A stretch of 34,969 nucleotides of DNA from an uncultured Candidatus Saccharibacteria bacterium (GTDB lineage: Bacteria; Patescibacteriota; Minisyncoccia; UBA6257; 2-01-FULL-56-20), in the NCBI GenBank assembly GCA_964639165.1, contig CAZXCH010000001.1, positions 1 to 34,969 on the forward strand, read 5' to 3'. The position numbers were made by a program, and so were the translations under genes. This document shows, piece after piece, positions 33,361-34,969 of this stretch (positions are counted from its first letter, which is position 1; the number at the start of each line of letters is the position of its first letter). The notes beneath the pieces are model-generated. The model was not told where the DNA came from. It ran no database searches and saw only the letters and a list, made by a program, of their open reading frames with translations.

Positions 33361-34485
33361 ATGTCAATAAAATCTCTCACCATTGTGGCGATCGTCGCCG
33401 CGGCGACGATCGGCGAAGGGGTCTTCGCGGTGCCATATGTCATCCAATCGTCGGGATGGCTGGTCGCGCTTGGCTATTTCATCGCGGTCATCGCGATCGT
33501 TTCCGTCGCGCATATTCTTTATTTGCGGACACTTGCGGCGACCGATGAGAAGGAACGGCTGCTTGGTCTCGCCCGGAACTATTTCGGCGCGCCGGGATTT
33601 TGGATCGGATTTGTGGCGATCGTCATCGGATTGCTCCTTGGATTCGTTGCTTACCTCGTGCTCGGGACGCAGTTCTTGCAAATACTCTTTCCGGGAATAT
33701 CGCCCAGCCTCGCGCTTGGAATATTCTGGGTTCTGCTCGCGGCGCTTGTGTGGGGGAGCGAGGGGCGGATTGCGCGATTTGAGGCGGTCGGCATTGCGCT
33801 CGTTTCATTCGCAATACTTTTCATCTTCTTTACCGGGCACCCCGGCGCACCACTTTACGGCGTACCGCTCGCGGTGCCAGGGCTTGCCAGCTCTTTCCTT
33901 CCGTTCGGCGTCGCGCTTTTCGCCCTCGCCGGATGGACGGGTGTCGAGCCGGTCTACGAACTTGCGTATAGGAAAAATGGCGGCAACGGCAGTCCGATGC
34001 CGGGAACATTCGCGCTCTTTGCGCTTGGCACCGCTTTTGCGGGATTGCTCTACTGGCTTTTTGCGGCTGGCGTGATCGGCACGGTGCCGCACGTGGCAAC
34101 GGATACAATCTCCGGTATCGCCGGATGGCCGGTGTGGCGAAAAGATATTCTCGCCGCAGTTGGGTTGCTCTCGGTGGCAGTCGTGTCGGTGCCGATCGCG
34201 CGCGAGATTCGCGGGGCGATGGAAAAGGATCTTGGCTGGAATAGCTTTGTTGCGCGTGCGCTCATCATTGTGCTCCCGCTCGCGGCGGTACTCTCCGGAT
34301 TCAACAACTTCCTCGCGATCGTCGGTCTTGTCGGCGGTGTCTTCATTAGTACCCAATATCTTTTGATTATCTCCGTCGGCCGGCGGACGCTCGCGCTCAC
34401 TACGCGCGAAAAGGTGCTCCTCGACGTAGTCGCCATTGCGTTCATTCTCGCCGCGGTTTACGAGGTCTGGCATTTCGTAGTATAA
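33361..34485 (+). CDS. amino-acid permease-like transporter (about 11 TM)
   Basis: 374 aa and highly hydrophobic. The N-terminus AATIGEGVFAVPYVI is typical of amino-acid/aromatic amino-acid permeases. Confidence 0.55.
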   Translation: MSIKSLTIVAIVAAATIGEGVFAVPYVIQSSGWLVALGYFIAVIAIVSVAHILYLRTLAATDEKERLLGLARNYFGAPGFWIGFVAIVIGLLLGFVAYLVLGTQFLQILFPGISPSLALGIFWVLLAALVWGSEGRIARFEAVGIALVSFAILFIFFTGHPGAPLYGVPLAVPGLASSFLPFGVALFALAGWTGVEPVYELAYRKNGGNGSPMPGTFALFALGTAFAGLLYWLFAAGVIGTVPHVATDTISGIAGWPVWRKDILAAVGLLSVAVVSVPIAREIRGAMEKDLGWNSFVARALIIVLPLAAVLSGFNNFLAIVGLVGGVFISTQYLLIISVGRRTLALTTREKVLLDVVAIAFILAAVYEVWHFVV

Positions 34486-34531
34486 AGAGATGCGTTGGGT
34501 GGGCGCGCGAATGCGCACCACACAGAACAGA

Positions 34532-34603
34532 GCTCTCGTAGTTTAATGGATAGAATATCTCCCTCCGAAGGAGGTGGTCGTGGTTCGATTCCACGCGAGA
34601 GCA
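34532..34603 (+). tRNA. tRNA-Arg (anticodon CCG)
   Basis: Hand-folded cloverleaf with acceptor GCTCTCG/CGAGAGC and a D stem with two G-U pairs. The anticodon arm is TCTCC-CTCCGAA-GGAGG and the T arm is CGTGG-TTCGATT-CCACG. The discriminator is A, and CCA is not encoded. Confidence 0.9.
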
Positions 34604-34775
34604 CAACGCAGTGAGACCGACCATGACGCATAAATGCTACGTTTTTTGAAGGTAGTCAAGGCACCTCTACATAGAAATCGAACCGAGAATTTTAAAACTT
34701 AGATTTTGCGGGTCTATCCCGCCCGTGCGACCATGACGGTTAGATTCCCAAATAGAGAGGTATAATCAAAACAAT

Positions 34776-34969
34776 ATGACTGATTCAATGGACAATCAAA
34801 ACTATCAGCAACCTTCTGATGATAGCGTTCAACAAGGGACTACCATTATAAACAATTATTATGAAGGTTATCCTGATCGTTATGGCTGGAATCACAATTT
34901 TTATTTTGACTATTGTTATGATCCTTTTTTCTACGGTGTTTATGATCCTTTTTATTGGGGTTGGGGTTT
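34776..34969 (+). CDS. 5' part of an aromatic/Asn/Asp-rich protein (partial, runs off the window)
   Basis: ATG 34776 lies 9 nt after TATAAT 34761-34766 and the frame stays open to the window end. MTDSMDNQNYQQPSDD...YFDYCYDPFFYGVYDPFYWGWG. The region has low GC. Confidence 0.5.
   Translation, partial: MTDSMDNQNYQQPSDDSVQQGTTIINNYYEGYPDRYGWNHNFYFDYCYDPFFYGVYDPFYWGWG

Noticed and set aside
1-34969. Alternative genetic code (UGA recoding, as in some CPR lineages).
   Set aside because: Conserved genes read through to full length without in-frame TGA. TGA also terminates several genes at sensible positions, for example 206-208 and 7999-8001.

Overview
A 35 kb chromosomal window from a small-genome bacterium. 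The gene content suggests Patescibacteria/CPR, which is an inference: a short YidC, a free-standing Pol I 5'-3' exonuclease, a lamin-tail-domain protein, a PrgI/VirB4/T4SS-pilin cluster, a TIGR00725 protein and shortened housekeeping proteins. The genetic code is standard, since TGA is used as a stop and conserved genes carry no in-frame TGA. Layout: (1) 1-10026 is one tightly coupled plus-strand operon for a minimal Gram-positive-style type IV secretion-like apparatus. It encodes a VirB6/TrbL-like channel protein, a PrgI/VirB3-like protein, a VirB4 ATPase and a VirB2/TrbC-like pilin, plus secreted and anchored proteins of unknown function. No relaxase, coupling protein, integrase or transposase is visible. 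(2) 10072-14589 is the replication-origin neighbourhood, with jag-yidC-rnpA-rpmH divergent from dnaA-dnaN. (3) 14586-34485 is housekeeping: PBP1A, ruvC, yebC, pilB-type ATPase, ruvB, tsaE, 5'-3' exonuclease, histidine kinase, pyrG, holA, rpsT, ruvA, a Mur ligase, a beta-CASP MBL nuclease, a LOG/TIGR00725 protein and a permease. (4) tRNA-Arg(CCG) lies at 34532-34603 and is followed by AT-rich DNA. The most unusual signals are non-coding. Two long hairpins 9 kb apart have unrelated stems but a near-identical 19-nt loop. A 5' leader carries three consecutive hairpins that all have the pentaloop GGCUA. An orphan promoter-to-terminator unit contains a 14-bp long-range helix. Many genes have -10 hexamers placed 6-9 nt before the ATG, which implies leaderless mRNAs. 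I saw no rRNA, CRISPR array or recognisable mobile element.
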